A stretch of 64,000 nucleotides of DNA from Planctomycetota bacterium (GTDB lineage: Bacteria; Planctomycetota; UBA8108; SXIK01): positions 1,952,001 through 2,016,000 of the forward strand of contig CBDCXR010000004.1 in the NCBI GenBank assembly GCA_965223845.1, given 5' to 3'. Positions 27,902-38,462 of the stretch are shown here, one piece after another. Every line of letters begins with the position of its first letter. Within the stretch, counting starts at the first letter, position 1. The notes under the pieces were generated by a model. The model worked only from the letters and a program-made list of their open reading frames with translations. It did not search any database and was not told where the DNA came from. Position numbers and translations under genes: made by a program.

Positions 27902-28928
27902 CCGGCAGGATCGCCCCTTCTTCGCTCGGAGTAGATTCGATCAGACGATCGATGACGACGTCGGGTGTAATCCCGCGCGCCTCGGCGTGGAAATTCGTAA
28001 GGATCCGATGGCGGAGCACGGGTCGTGCGACGGCCTGAATGTCCTCGACGGCGACGTGAAGCCTCCCGGAAAGGAGCGCCTTCGCCTTGGCGCCGACGAT
28101 GAGAAACTGGCACGCGCGAGGCCCGGCGCCCCACGCGACGTACTCGCGCACGAACTCAGGGAGCGAATCCTTCTCTTCGCCGTCGAGTCGCGTTTGTCGA
28201 ACGAGCTTCATCGCGTAGTGAACAATGGGATCGGCAACAGGGACGCGCCGAATCGTCTGCTGCAACTCGCGGATTTCGTCGGCGCCGAAGACCGGTGAAA
28301 CCTTGGTTTCGACGTCCTCGGTGGTCCGGCGGATCACGTCGAACTCTTCTCCCCACGACGGATAGCGCACGAAGATCTTGAACATGAAGCGATCCTGCTG
28401 CGCTTCGGGCAGAGGGTACGTGCCCTCCTGCTCGATCGGGTTCTGCGTCGCGAGCACGAAGAACGGATCGGGGAGCGCATGCTGCTCGCCGCCGACCGTT
28501 ACCTGACGCTCTTGCATGGCCTCGAGGAGCGCGGACTGGGTCTTCGGCGGAGTACGGTTGATCTCGTCGGCGAGGAGGACGTGGGCGAAGATCGGGCCGC
28601 GGAGAAAGCGGAAGCTCCGGGAGCCGGAGGCCTGATCCTCGTGAATGACCTCGGTCCCCGTGATGTCGGCGGGCATGAGGTCGGGCGTAAACTGAATGCG
28701 GCTGAACTCGAGATCGAGACAATCGGCGAGCGTCCGGATGAGGAGAGTCTTCGCGAGGCCCGGCACGCCCTCGAGGATGCAGTGACCCTTGGTGAAGATC
28801 GCGATCAGAAGCTGCTCGACGACCTCGTCCTGACCGACGATCACCTTGCCGATCTCTTCTTTGAGCGTTGAGAACTTCGAGCTCAGCCTGTCAACGGCCG
28901 AGAGATCGTTCTCCGGAGGGGGAGTCAT
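27870..28928 (-). CDS. moxR: MoxR-family AAA+ ATPase
   Basis: [62 protein letters not shown]. Confidence 0.97.
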   Translation of the reverse strand: MTPPPENDLSAVDRLSSKFSTLKEEIGKVIVGQDEVVEQLLIAIFTKGHCILEGVPGLAKTLLIRTLADCLDLEFSRIQFTPDLMPADITGTEVIHEDQASGSRSFRFLRGPIFAHVLLADEINRTPPKTQSALLEAMQERQVTVGGEQHALPDPFFVLATQNPIEQEGTYPLPEAQQDRFMFKIFVRYPSWGEEFDVIRRTTEDVETKVSPVFGADEIRELQQTIRRVPVADPIVHYAMKLVRQTRLDGEEKDSLPEFVREYVAWGAGPRACQFLIVGAKAKALLSGRLHVAVEDIQAVARPVLRHRILTNFHAEARGITPDVVIDRLIESTPSEEGAILPDGQLRKVLQS

Positions 28929-29061
28929 GGTGTACCTCGCGAGTGGGGGAATCTTTCAGCGATACGAGGGGCGGGGAGCAGCGCGCGGGAACGAGTCCAC
29001 CGTCGGGCCGACACGTCGGAGCGTTTCGGTGCGCTCGCTGGCGCGATCTTCGGTGCGCTTG

Positions 29062-30114
29062 TCAGCGCTGGTAGATGGGGAGCCGCTGATAGGGTAGGGC
29101 CAAGATCACGACGGCGATCGACGTTCCGTAGACCGTGCCGACGCCGTCGCCCATCCAGCTGCCATCGGACGATTGCTTCGAGAGGAGCCAGCGGCTGATG
29201 TCTCGATAGTAGCGTGCCCACTCACGACCGCCGCGCTGGAACTTGGCCTGCGCGAGGTAGAAATGGGCGTAGAACGTGTGCCCCCACACGCCTCCGCCGC
29301 CGTGCGCGGTGATGGTTCGGTCGCAGTACGCTAACGCCTTAAGGGCGAGCGGGCTGTCGTAGGCGCCGGCGTTGTAGAGCGTGGCGACCGCCGCCGCCGT
29401 GATCGGCGGGCGCGATCCGCCGCCTCCCGAGAGCTGGTAGCGGATACCGCCGTCGGGATTCGCCGAGCGCTCGATGTAGCGAACGGCTCCGCGAACGACG
29501 GTTGGCTCGACGAAGATCCCCGCGTTCCGGCACGCGCGGAGACCCTGGATCTGCGTCACCGTCACCGATCCCTCGTCGCCATCGGAGCTCGGCGAGTAGA
29601 GCCAGCCGCCGGCTCGACTTTGACTCCGCTCGGTGATGCGAACTCCGCGAACGAGCACGTCGTGGATCGCCTGCTGTTTCCGCCGGTCCTCCTCCATGCC
29701 GTAGGCCTGCGCGAGAAAGAGGAGCGCGAATCCGTGGCCGTGAAGCGAGCGACCTTCCTCGCCTCGAGTCGCGATGAGACCGTTCGGCTGGGAGACGCGG
29801 AGGACGAAGTCGACGGACTTTCTCAGCGCGCGGCAGTGAGGACCGCGCGTCGGCGTGCTTCCCGTTACGAGGAGCGCCGTCCCGGCGAGCGCGGTCATCG
29901 CCGTCGGATATGAGCCCCAGCCACCCATATTGTTCCAGGACCCGTCGCGATTCTGCGTTCGCGTGAGGTACTGAGTTCCGCGCTCGATCGCCCGTTCGAT
30001 CTCGGGGGTGACGTGATCGGGCCGCTTCGGCTCGGCGCGTCCGGTGCTCGTCGCGGCAACGAGACCGATGAGGACCGCCGACAGGAGCCGCTCCACGCTT
30101 CGTTCAGTCCTCAT
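29062..30114 (-). CDS. Exported prenyltransferase/squalene-oxidase-repeat (alpha/alpha)6 barrel protein
   Basis: Signal peptide and QW-like repeats TQNRDGSW, QSRAGGWLY, KQSSDGSW. No DXDD motif. Confidence 0.9.
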   Translation of the reverse strand: MRTERSVERLLSAVLIGLVAATSTGRAEPKRPDHVTPEIERAIERGTQYLTRTQNRDGSWNNMGGWGSYPTAMTALAGTALLVTGSTPTRGPHCRALRKSVDFVLRVSQPNGLIATRGEEGRSLHGHGFALLFLAQAYGMEEDRRKQQAIHDVLVRGVRITERSQSRAGGWLYSPSSDGDEGSVTVTQIQGLRACRNAGIFVEPTVVRGAVRYIERSANPDGGIRYQLSGGGGSRPPITAAAVATLYNAGAYDSPLALKALAYCDRTITAHGGGGVWGHTFYAHFYLAQAKFQRGGREWARYYRDISRWLLSKQSSDGSWMGDGVGTVYGTSIAVVILALPYQRLPIYQR

Positions 30115-31468
30115 CCTCGTCCACCTTCACTTGCACTTCGACCGCGAACGTGCCCTTCACGGAGCCGCTCTTCAGCGAAACGCCGAGAAACAGCTTCCCG
30201 CTCCCACTCGCCGCGCCTTCGTACTCCGAGCCGACGAGAAACGGCTTCCCTTTGTCACCGATCTTCGCGACGAGAGCGCCGGCGGCGAACTTTTCGAGCT
30301 GATTGCCGGAAACGTTCGGCGTTCCTTCCGGCCCCGCGTTCTGGCCGTAGTTCGAGAGGTTGATCGTGCCCGAGGCGATGATCTTGAGCGGGGCTTCCGC
30401 CGCGACCTCGATCCCGGTGTCGATCCACTTCCCGTTCGCGGCGAATGCCTTCGATCCGCCGATCTTAAACGACTTGCGGAGGTACGGAGGCTCGCGGAAA
30501 ACGATGCTCATGATGTCGTCGCGGCTCAGCTTGAGCTCGCCGTACGAAGTCTTGATCCCGAATTCGCGGCGATCGACGCGCCCCAGCACCGTGAACCGGA
30601 GCGTCATGATTTCGTCCTCGTTGCCCCGGAGCGGAACGAGAAACGTGCGCTCGTCGTCCTCCTGCTCTTCGAGCTCCTCCTCGAGGTCGCCGACGAGCTT
30701 CTCGGCGCGCGTTTTCACCTCTTGGTCCTCCGACTTCGCGGCCTCGCGCAGAAGCTCGAGCGCGGGCAGACCGACCCGCGCGAGCTCCTCGCTCGCTTCT
30801 TCGCGGAGATCGTACTCGTCGCTGCCGAGCTGATCGACGAGCTCACGGATGCGTTCCTCCCGCTCGGGGTCGGGTCGCTCGCTGAAGCGGACGCGGACGA
30901 GCTCCTCGACCGGGATCGCGAGCACGCCGTAAACCGTGGTCACGGTGAGCTCACTCAGCTCGACGCGCCCCGCGATCCGAGTGCCGTCGCGCATGCGAAA
31001 CATCGGCGGGTCACGCTTCTTCTTCGCCTTGGCCGGTTGCTCTTCACCGTCCTTCGTCTTCGCCTCCGCCTCGCTCTTCTCTCCGGCACCGGAGAGCTGC
31101 GCGCTCACCGACTTCTCTACCGCAGCGACGGCGGCCGACACCTGCGCGGCCACCTTCGCCGCGGCAGCTTTCTTATCGTCGTCGGACTCTTTGCCGGCGT
31201 CTTTCTTCCCCTCGCCGTTCCCGGCGTCCTTCTCGGGCGCGGCCTTCTCCGCGTCGCCATCCTTGTTCTCGTTTCCCTCTGCCTCGTCGCCGTTCGCTTT
31301 CTCTTCAGCAGCCTCGGCGGCATCCGCGGCTTCGGCGGCGGCCTGCGCAAACGTCGAGCCCCGCTCCGTCGCCCATCCGGCGAGGAGCGCGAGAACGATG
31401 CCGAGTCCGATGCTTCGGCCCCGGCGTCCTATCTCGGTCCCATCGCGCGTCATGACTCGCTTCTCCAT
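30104..31468 (-). CDS. Exported protein with HEAT-like repeat and C-terminal PA-IL/LecA-like domain
   Basis: Signal peptide, charged linker, LVDQLGSDEYDLREEASEEL (HEAT), WIDTGIEV..IIASG..GALVAKIG..PFLVG..GKLFL. Confidence 0.75.
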   Translation of the reverse strand: MEKRVMTRDGTEIGRRGRSIGLGIVLALLAGWATERGSTFAQAAAEAADAAEAAEEKANGDEAEGNENKDGDAEKAAPEKDAGNGEGKKDAGKESDDDKKAAAAKVAAQVSAAVAAVEKSVSAQLSGAGEKSEAEAKTKDGEEQPAKAKKKRDPPMFRMRDGTRIAGRVELSELTVTTVYGVLAIPVEELVRVRFSERPDPEREERIRELVDQLGSDEYDLREEASEELARVGLPALELLREAAKSEDQEVKTRAEKLVGDLEEELEEQEDDERTFLVPLRGNEDEIMTLRFTVLGRVDRREFGIKTSYGELKLSRDDIMSIVFREPPYLRKSFKIGGSKAFAANGKWIDTGIEVAAEAPLKIIASGTINLSNYGQNAGPEGTPNVSGNQLEKFAAGALVAKIGDKGKPFLVGSEYEGAASGSGKLFLGVSLKSGSVKGTFAVEVQVKVDEDED

Positions 31469-31533
31469 TCGCTAGTTGATTCGTTCGATCGTCAGCGCTC
31501 GCGCTCACGAGAGCCGGCGGCCATCGACCGCCA

Positions 31534-34500
31534 CTATCCACTCGGCTCGTTCGAGCGGTCCGCTTCCGCCTCGTTCGACTCGTCGACGTCCTCGGGCGCT
31601 CGCTCGGCCGTCGCCGGCTCAAGTCGTCCGAATCCGTCTGCGTTTCCGAGCGCGAGTCCTCCGCGCTGAGCCGAGAGCCGCGGCGGGAGCTGGTGCCCCT
31701 TGCTCTTGATCTCGAGCTCGACAATGTTCTTCCAGTGCGGCTCGGCGTCCGCCTTCGGATCGACGCGAACGACTCGAGTGTACCACTTTCCTTCACCCTC
31801 TCCGGTGTTGAACGTAAGGAGGAATCGCCCAGAATCACGCTCGCGGACCGGCACTCCACCGTAGATGACCGCGCCCGGCTCGATCGTCTCGTTCCAGCGG
31901 ACTTCGTCCTCAGCGATGTGAATCAAACGGAGGCTCGCCCCAGCCACCGCGGCGGTTCTACGCGCGGAAGGCGTCGCCGGCCCGCCGAGACAGACGAGAG
32001 TGACCTCACTCGATCCGTTCGAACGGACGCCGTCGATGACGGACACCGTGCCGCCGAGATCGATCGTCCGCGTCACGCGTCCGGTGCGGAGAGAGCGGAG
32101 GCGCAGCTTGCCGTCGACTTCCGAGATCCACACGACTCCACCCTGGACGAAGAGCGGGCGGCCGACACTCGTACTCTTCCGCCAGAGCTCCGCGCCGGTC
32201 GCGGTCTCGATGCACGCGAGCCCCCGGCCTTCGAACACGCCGAAGAGCCCGCCCGCTCCTGCGACCGCGCGTTGCCCGGTTTGATTGCACACCGTCGACA
32301 CCGCCTCGGGCCGTCCGTTCGCCGACTCGGCGAGTTGAACCCGGTGAAGCGTGTACGGTGATCCCGTGAGCACCTCTGCAACCGCGCCCCTGCGGCGAAT
32401 CCCGCCGAGAGGCGTTCCGCCGAGCGAGATCTCCCAGCGGAGCTTGCCGCTTCGGCCGTCGAGCTGACGAAGCCGCGCGTCGGTGAGCCACACGAGGGGG
32501 TGAGTGTCGAGATCTACGGCGTCCGGGAACGCGTTCGAGCTCGTCGAGAGATGGAGACCGCCCCAGGTGTAGCTATTCGAGGAAAAACGAAGGAGTGCGT
32601 GCGAATAGTTGTGGACCCACCTCAGCCGAAGAGTCGACCAATCCGGCGCGGTCGACGTCTCCGCCGGCGCCGCGAAGCGAAAGCCGTAGAGACCGGCTGC
32701 GGTGAACAAGACGAGATAGTCGTCGCCCACGAAGACACTCGCCGGCTCTTCGAACTGAGCCGCGAGCTTCAGCTTCACCTCCGACACATCGGGATAGCCG
32801 GGGAGCTCGCGTTCGAATTCCACCGTCCCACCCGGGCCGTAAACGCGCATCCGCGTACCGCAGACGGCGAACAACGCTCGCACGCCTCGGCTTCGGGGCG
32901 TCTCGGGGGCGAGAAACCCCTCCTCCTTGTCAATCCAGAATCGCGGGCGATAGCGCTCGTCGCTCGGAAAGAACTCGACACTCTCGGCGTGCTCTCGGCG
33001 CGGAGCGCGCGCGCGGAACTCCTTCACCTTGCCGGCGACCTCGCCGGAGAGGTTCGGATAGGACTCCGCGAGAAACTCGAGCCGCGCCGCGGCGTCCTCC
33101 CAGGCACCCGCGCGGGCCGCGGCCCGAACGAGGAGCGCGACCACCTCGGCGCCGGCCGGAAGATGCGCGCTCGTGAGAGCTCGGCGCGAAAGCGATCTCG
33201 TCGACGCATCGGCGCGCCCCGAATTCTCCGCGAGCGCGCGATTCGCCGAATCGAACGAGCCCGCGAGCTCGGGCCAGCGACGGATGAAATCGCGGAGAAG
33301 CTCCGACGCGTAGACGGCGCAGTCGACGTCGAACCCTTCGGGAGACGTCGCGCGGGTTCGCCGCGAGCGGGACAGCTCACCGAGTGCGTCGATCACACGG
33401 GCGGCGTTCGCCGGCAGCGCCTCGGTCTCACCCTCGAGCAGCAGCGAAGCCTCGAGAAGCACGAGCGAACGTCGCGTGCCGGCCTCGAGGAGGTCGCTGT
33501 GCTCGCCGATCAACTCGGCGAGCGGGGTGGGATCTCCACCGAGTTTCGCCGCTTCGCGTGCAGTCGCGACGATCTCGCGCTCCACATCCTCGCGTAGCTT
33601 CGGCGTTCGCAGCTTCTTCCGCAGCTCGTAGTAGATCTCGAGCGCCTCGGGATAGCGCCGCTCGGCGCGAAGAAGAAGGGCCTCCTTCGAACGATCACTT
33701 CGCTGCGAATCCGCGACGCGCGTCCAGGACTCGTCCTGGGGACGAAGGGCGTGAACCGCGCCCGGGGTGCTGAGGATCACGCGGCCGCCGAGGGGCACCA
33801 GCGCCCACGCGCCCGAGTCCGGGAGACGCTTTTCGACCACGCGGATCGCGCGCGTTTCGCTCCCGTCCGTCGCGGAGAACGCAGCGATCTCGCCGTTTGC
33901 GAAGGGGAGGAGGACCTCTCCCTCGGTAAAACAGGGCATCCCGCGGAGGCGGCCGCGCTCTTCGTCCAGCGGCGGCGAGGACCAACGATCCTCGCCGTCG
34001 TCGACCGCGATCGCGAGGAGACGGTCGCCGAGCGCGAGGAAAACGTCTCCGACGACTCCCAGCGGGAAGGGCGTCCGTTCCGGTAGCGGACGATCCCAGA
34101 GAAGATCACCGCTCTCGAGATCGAGGGCGACGAGGTAGTCGCTGTCCGGAGCGGCGACGAGCACTCGGTCGCCGACGATGCTCGGGCGGCTGCTCGCGCG
34201 CGTCCCGCGAATGTGTCCACCGCGCACTCGAGATCGATAGCGCGTCTGCCAGCGGATCTCGCCGCTCGTCGCGTCCGCGCACGAGATCAGTCCATGACCG
34301 AATGAAGCGACGACGACGCTCCCGCGCGACGCCAAGCCCGGTCGCGGCACGACGGAAACGGGACGTGACCGAAGAGCGGTTTCGTGTAGCCGACGCACCC
34401 AAAGGAATCGGCCGCGCGGTGTCACGCCGACGAGACAAAAGCTCGATCGGCTTCGCGCGGGCGCGACGAGACCGGCTTCCGTCGGTACCGGTGGGCCGAG

Positions 34501-36150
34501 AAACGTGAGCTGACCGAGTCCGCTTCCGCGCGGCGAGCCCTCGAGCGACCAGCCGAGCTTACCGTTTCGCGCGCCGTAGGCGATGAGCGCATTCGGCGAA
34601 AACCGGTACCCGCCTCCGGTGTAGACGCCCATGGCGCGCCGGTCGATTCCGACGACGATCGCTTCGCCCGCCGACCCGGCCTCGGCCCCGCCGGAGGTGG
34701 ATCCTGCCGGAGCCCCGCCGCCGTCCTCTTCGAATCGGAAGAGCATGAGCGAAGGGTCTCCGGCGACAAACCCGCGGACGAGCGTCCCTACGGATTCGTT
34801 TCCGATCCAGCGGATCTTTCCGGTGCTCACCTCGAGCGCGACGATCGCGTCGGGAGCGTTTTCGGCGCCCCGAACGAAGACGAGGCCGTCCGCGCCGACG
34901 ACCGACGGGGGTGGCAGTGCCGTCTTCGCCGACCGCTGCGGGGGAAACGTCCACGCGACGTGGCTTCCGAGCGCGGACGGAGGTCCATCGATGCGAGCCG
35001 CTCGGCCGTCGAAAGAACCGTCCGGACTGAGCCACGCGTCGCGACCCGAGTCGAGCTCGGGCGAGCGACGAAACGCCCGCGAGGCCAACTCGACGAAGAG
35101 GGGATCCTGCCCGACATCGCGCCCGAGGACGCCGGCGCCGCGGACGAGGACGACATCGTCCCCGTACTGCTCCGCGAGCTCCGCGAGCGCGGCGGACGCA
35201 CGGGATCGGTTCCCCGCGAGAAGCTGGGCGGCCGCGAGCTGCGCGAGGATGTTCCGCCGCGGGGTGTCTTCGCCATCGAACGGAAGACGAAGCCGAGACT
35301 CGAACGCCGCGGCGGCGGCCGCGGGACGCCCGGCGTCGAGCTGTCTCAGTGCGAGCTCTTCCCAAGCGCGTCGACCCGACGGCGCGAGGGCGTGCCGCAG
35401 TGCGACCGAGCGAAGTCGCCGAACTCGCGTGTCGGGACCGAGGCGGTCGAGTTCGCGAAGCGCCGACGCTGCGGCCGGCTCATAGGTTCGGACGTACGCC
35501 GCGCGGACCTCCGCGTCGAGTCCGCTCAGCTCGTCGAGGATCGCCGTCTCGAGCGGACGGAACACGATCCCGTCGGCACTCGTGAGCACGTCGGCGAGGG
35601 TAAAGTCGGGATCGACCTCGCTGCCGTCCATAGAGGCCATCGGCTGCGGGGCGGGAAGATTGGGCGCCGCGCCGACCCCACCCGCCGGCTTCGCGGGGCG
35701 ATCGATCCGCCGGCTCGCACCTCCGGCGAGCGCTTCGCAGAGCTCGGCGTACGCATCGAATGCGCGCGTCCACTCGCGCCGTCGCGCGTGGTCTCGAGCC
35801 GTGCGGAGGACTCCGTCCGTCGACGAGTCGACAATCGGTTCCACATCGCCGCGAAACTCGCGCGGGACGCGCGACGCGTCGGGGGCGTCTTCGCTGCTCG
35901 CGTCCGCAGGAGCGTCTCCACCGCCGGTCGCGCTCTCGGCCACTTCATCGGCGAACGCGATCCGCGCTGGCGGGCCGACTCTCCCCGCCGTCGACACGAG
36001 ACCGATCGCGACCATGATGATCGCCTTGCGCCAACGACAGGTCTCGCGCGCGTTCGACGGATCGGGACTCGACAACGCTCGTCTCCTCGAGCAGCGCCAG
36101 TTTGCGGCGGCACCCCGCTGCGTCCGAGTGCCGGAAGACGTCGAATCCAC
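31534..36150 (-). CDS. Large PQQ-like beta-propeller repeat protein (BamB-like repeats) with TPR-like segments
   Basis: Repeated ALEVSTGKIRW, CADATSGEIRW, ALDLESGDLLW, LDGRSGKLRW, ETATGAELW. The start may be ATG 36015. Confidence 0.87.
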   Translation of the reverse strand: MDSTSSGTRTQRGAAANWRCSRRRALSSPDPSNARETCRWRKAIIMVAIGLVSTAGRVGPPARIAFADEVAESATGGGDAPADASSEDAPDASRVPREFRGDVEPIVDSSTDGVLRTARDHARRREWTRAFDAYAELCEALAGGASRRIDRPAKPAGGVGAAPNLPAPQPMASMDGSEVDPDFTLADVLTSADGIVFRPLETAILDELSGLDAEVRAAYVRTYEPAAASALRELDRLGPDTRVRRLRSVALRHALAPSGRRAWEELALRQLDAGRPAAAAAAFESRLRLPFDGEDTPRRNILAQLAAAQLLAGNRSRASAALAELAEQYGDDVVLVRGAGVLGRDVGQDPLFVELASRAFRRSPELDSGRDAWLSPDGSFDGRAARIDGPPSALGSHVAWTFPPQRSAKTALPPPSVVGADGLVFVRGAENAPDAIVALEVSTGKIRWIGNESVGTLVRGFVAGDPSLMLFRFEEDGGGAPAGSTSGGAEAGSAGEAIVVGIDRRAMGVYTGGGYRFSPNALIAYGARNGKLGWSLEGSPRGSGLGQLTFLGPPVPTEAGLVAPARSRSSFCLVGVTPRGRFLWVRRLHETALRSRPVSVVPRPGLASRGSVVVASFGHGLISCADATSGEIRWQTRYRSRVRGGHIRGTRASSRPSIVGDRVLVAAPDSDYLVALDLESGDLLWDRPLPERTPFPLGVVGDVFLALGDRLLAIAVDDGEDRWSSPPLDEERGRLRGMPCFTEGEVLLPFANGEIAAFSATDGSETRAIRVVEKRLPDSGAWALVPLGGRVILSTPGAVHALRPQDESWTRVADSQRSDRSKEALLLRAERRYPEALEIYYELRKKLRTPKLREDVEREIVATAREAAKLGGDPTPLAELIGEHSDLLEAGTRRSLVLLEASLLLEGETEALPANAARVIDALGELSRSRRTRATSPEGFDVDCAVYASELLRDFIRRWPELAGSFDSANRALAENSGRADASTRSLSRRALTSAHLPAGAEVVALLVRAAARAGAWEDAAARLEFLAESYPNLSGEVAGKVKEFRARAPRREHAESVEFFPSDERYRPRFWIDKEEGFLAPETPRSRGVRALFAVCGTRMRVYGPGGTVEFERELPGYPDVSEVKLKLAAQFEEPASVFVGDDYLVLFTAAGLYGFRFAAPAETSTAPDWSTLRLRWVHNYSHALLRFSSNSYTWGGLHLSTSSNAFPDAVDLDTHPLVWLTDARLRQLDGRSGKLRWEISLGGTPLGGIRRRGAVAEVLTGSPYTLHRVQLAESANGRPEAVSTVCNQTGQRAVAGAGGLFGVFEGRGLACIETATGAELWRKSTSVGRPLFVQGGVVWISEVDGKLRLRSLRTGRVTRTIDLGGTVSVIDGVRSNGSSEVTLVCLGGPATPSARRTAAVAGASLRLIHIAEDEVRWNETIEPGAVIYGGVPVRERDSGRFLLTFNTGEGEGKWYTRVVRVDPKADAEPHWKNIVELEIKSKGHQLPPRLSAQRGGLALGNADGFGRLEPATAERAPEDVDESNEAEADRSNEPSG

Positions 36151-36242
36151 CGTTCGGCACGCGTCTCTACGAGACCGTTATCGTACGCGTTCACGCCCGG
36201 AGCGCCACAAAATCGAGGCCCTTCGGCGAGCACCGCTCGATC

Positions 36243-36965
36243 TCAGTCGCCCAGCCACCCACCGAACGACATTTCGGGAACGAGATAGTGGAGTACCGCG
36301 CGCCCGAGGCAGACGACGAGCACGACGAGCGCCCCGATTCCGGGCCGTCGCCACTTTGCGGCCGTCGCGCTCGCGGTGTAGTGCTCCGAGAACCATCCGA
36401 ACACCGCCCCGCAGAGAAACCCGCCGAGGTGGGCGACGTGATCGATCGGGAGCGGAACGAGGACGAGCGCGATCATGAAGATCACCCAGCGACGAATGGC
36501 GGCGATCGCCTCGTAGTCGCGGTAGCGAAGCGCGCGCCCGAGCGACACTCCGACCATGCCGCAGAGCGCTCCCGACGCGCCGACGGAAAAGCCGCGCTGG
36601 ACGAAGAACGAAGCGACGCCAGCCGCGATCCCACACACGAGATACACGAGGAGAAACCGCCACGAGCTGAGGATGGACTCGCACTGGTGACCGACGCTGA
36701 AGAGGAACGCCATATTGAACGCGAGATGGATCAGCCCGCCGTGGAGGAACGCGTAGGAGACCGCCCGCCAGTACTCTCCGCTCTCGACGAAGGTCGGAGT
36801 CACGGCGCCGAGCTGGACGTAGACACCGCCGTGGAATCCGAAGAGCGGATTCGGTACCGAGCCCGTCCCCTTGACGTGCGCGATGAAACTCAGACCGAAG
36901 AACGCGACGTTGACGAGGAGGAGATAGGACGTCGCGGGAAAGAGCTCGTAAAACTTCCGTCGCAT
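36243..36965 (-). CDS. Rhomboid intramembrane serine protease
   Basis: EYWR, FLHGGLIHLAFN, catalytic GASG and AHLGG. Confidence 0.95.
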   Translation of the reverse strand: MRRKFYELFPATSYLLLVNVAFFGLSFIAHVKGTGSVPNPLFGFHGGVYVQLGAVTPTFVESGEYWRAVSYAFLHGGLIHLAFNMAFLFSVGHQCESILSSWRFLLVYLVCGIAAGVASFFVQRGFSVGASGALCGMVGVSLGRALRYRDYEAIAAIRRWVIFMIALVLVPLPIDHVAHLGGFLCGAVFGWFSEHYTASATAAKWRRPGIGALVVLVVCLGRAVLHYLVPEMSFGGWLGD

Positions 36966-37171
36966 TCACGCCCCCGGTGGATCGTCGCGTGCGCGTCGCG
37001 CCGGCTGTTCGGCGCGCTCCGTCCGCGCGGACGAGCGGCCTCCGTGGCGCCTCCCTCCCGCGGCGGCTGAATGATAGCGCGGACGAACACGAGTCTCCAG
37101 GTCGCCCCGGCGACGCCGAGTCGAGCCCCGCGCTGTTGACCGTGAGTGGCGCGCAAGCGATCCTGCGCGGC

Positions 37172-38272
37172 ATGAACGAACGCGACGAGTCCCGCGAGCT
37201 CGACGAAATCCTGCGAGGAGTGAGTCGCAGCATCTACCTCACGCTCAAGGTGGCGCCGAGAGCGATGCGCCCGGCGCTCGGTGTCGGCTATCTCTTTTGC
37301 CGCGCCGCGGACACGATCGCAGACACCCGTCTCATCCCTCGCGGCGCTCGACTCGATGCGCTCGCGCGCTTTCGCGAGCAGTTCAGTAGGCCGTCGATCG
37401 ACGTCGATGCCCTGCGAGCGATCGGCGAGAGAGTCGGCGCTCCGCAGGAAAACCCGGACGAGCGAGCACTGCTCCGCTCGCTCGTCCCGTGCTTCCGCGC
37501 GTACCTCCGGCTCTCGCCGGCCGATCGGGATCGTCTCGCCCGGCTCGTCTCCACGCTGACGAGTGGAATGGAGATGGATCTCCGGTTCTTTCCGCCGGAG
37601 GAGAGCGGAGTCGTCCGCGCTCTTCCCTCGGACGCAGCGCTCGATCTCTACACGTATCACGTCGCGGGCTGCGTGGGGGAGTTCTGGACCGAGCTCCAGC
37701 TCGCGCACCGGCCTTCGCTCGCGATGTGGAATCCATCGATCATGGCGGACCTCGGCGTCCGCTTCGGGAAGGGACTCCAGATGACGAATATCCTCCGCGA
37801 CCTTCCCGCCGATCTCGCGATCGGGAGATGCTACCTCCCCGAGCCGGCGCTCGAATCGGTGGGAGTGAGCGTCGACGATCTGGCCGCGCGCGCCGGGCTC
37901 GAGCGGCTGCGTCCCGTCGTCCTCGATCTCATCGCGCGCACTCTCGCGCTCTATCGCTCGGGCTGGGAGTACGTCACGGCGATACCTCGGCGGGAGGTGC
38001 GGCTCCGACTCGCGTGCGCGTGGCCGCTCCTCATCGGGCTCGAAACCTTCGCGAGGCTCGCCGCGAGCGAGGATCCCTACGCCCCAGGCGAGCACCACAA
38101 GATCTCCCGGACCGACGTCTACCGCATCATCCGCCAGTCGGCGGTCCGCGCAGCCTCGACTCGGAAGCTCTCTCGTCTCTACGACGAGCGCGAGGCGCGC
38201 GTTCTCGCCCACGTCGCCGGGCCCTACCGCGCGAACGGAATCGCCCTTCCCGCTGCAAGGTCGCCCAGATAA
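37172..38272 (+). CDS. Squalene/phytoene synthase family protein (SQS/FdfT-like)
   Basis: VSRSIY flap, YLFCRAADTIAD, YHVAGCVGEFW, GLQMTNILRDLPADLAIGRCYLP. Confidence 0.92.
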   Translation: MNERDESRELDEILRGVSRSIYLTLKVAPRAMRPALGVGYLFCRAADTIADTRLIPRGARLDALARFREQFSRPSIDVDALRAIGERVGAPQENPDERALLRSLVPCFRAYLRLSPADRDRLARLVSTLTSGMEMDLRFFPPEESGVVRALPSDAALDLYTYHVAGCVGEFWTELQLAHRPSLAMWNPSIMADLGVRFGKGLQMTNILRDLPADLAIGRCYLPEPALESVGVSVDDLAARAGLERLRPVVLDLIARTLALYRSGWEYVTAIPRREVRLRLACAWPLLIGLETFARLAASEDPYAPGEHHKISRTDVYRIIRQSAVRAASTRKLSRLYDEREARVLAHVAGPYRANGIALPAARSPR

Positions 38273-38462
38273 AATGGCGGTTCTGCCGCGGGAGCTGACC
38301 GAACATCGTCCTCGGCCTCGGTCGATCTACCGAGCTCGGCCGACCTCCAGAGGACGCCCGAGAACGACGCCGGCGGCCCGTGTCTCCCAGATTTCGAGCT
38401 CACCGCCTACCCGCCGCGACACCCGCGAACTCACTGCGACTCCCCCCGGAGGTAATTCGACG

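Noticed and set aside
29062-30114. Squalene-hopene cyclase call
   Set aside because: Single barrel of 350 aa, with a signal peptide and no DXDD motif.
37136-37174. Leaderless promoter TTGACC-N17-GATCCT for the squalene synthase
   Set aside because: The spacing fits but the -10 match is too weak to assert without TSS data.
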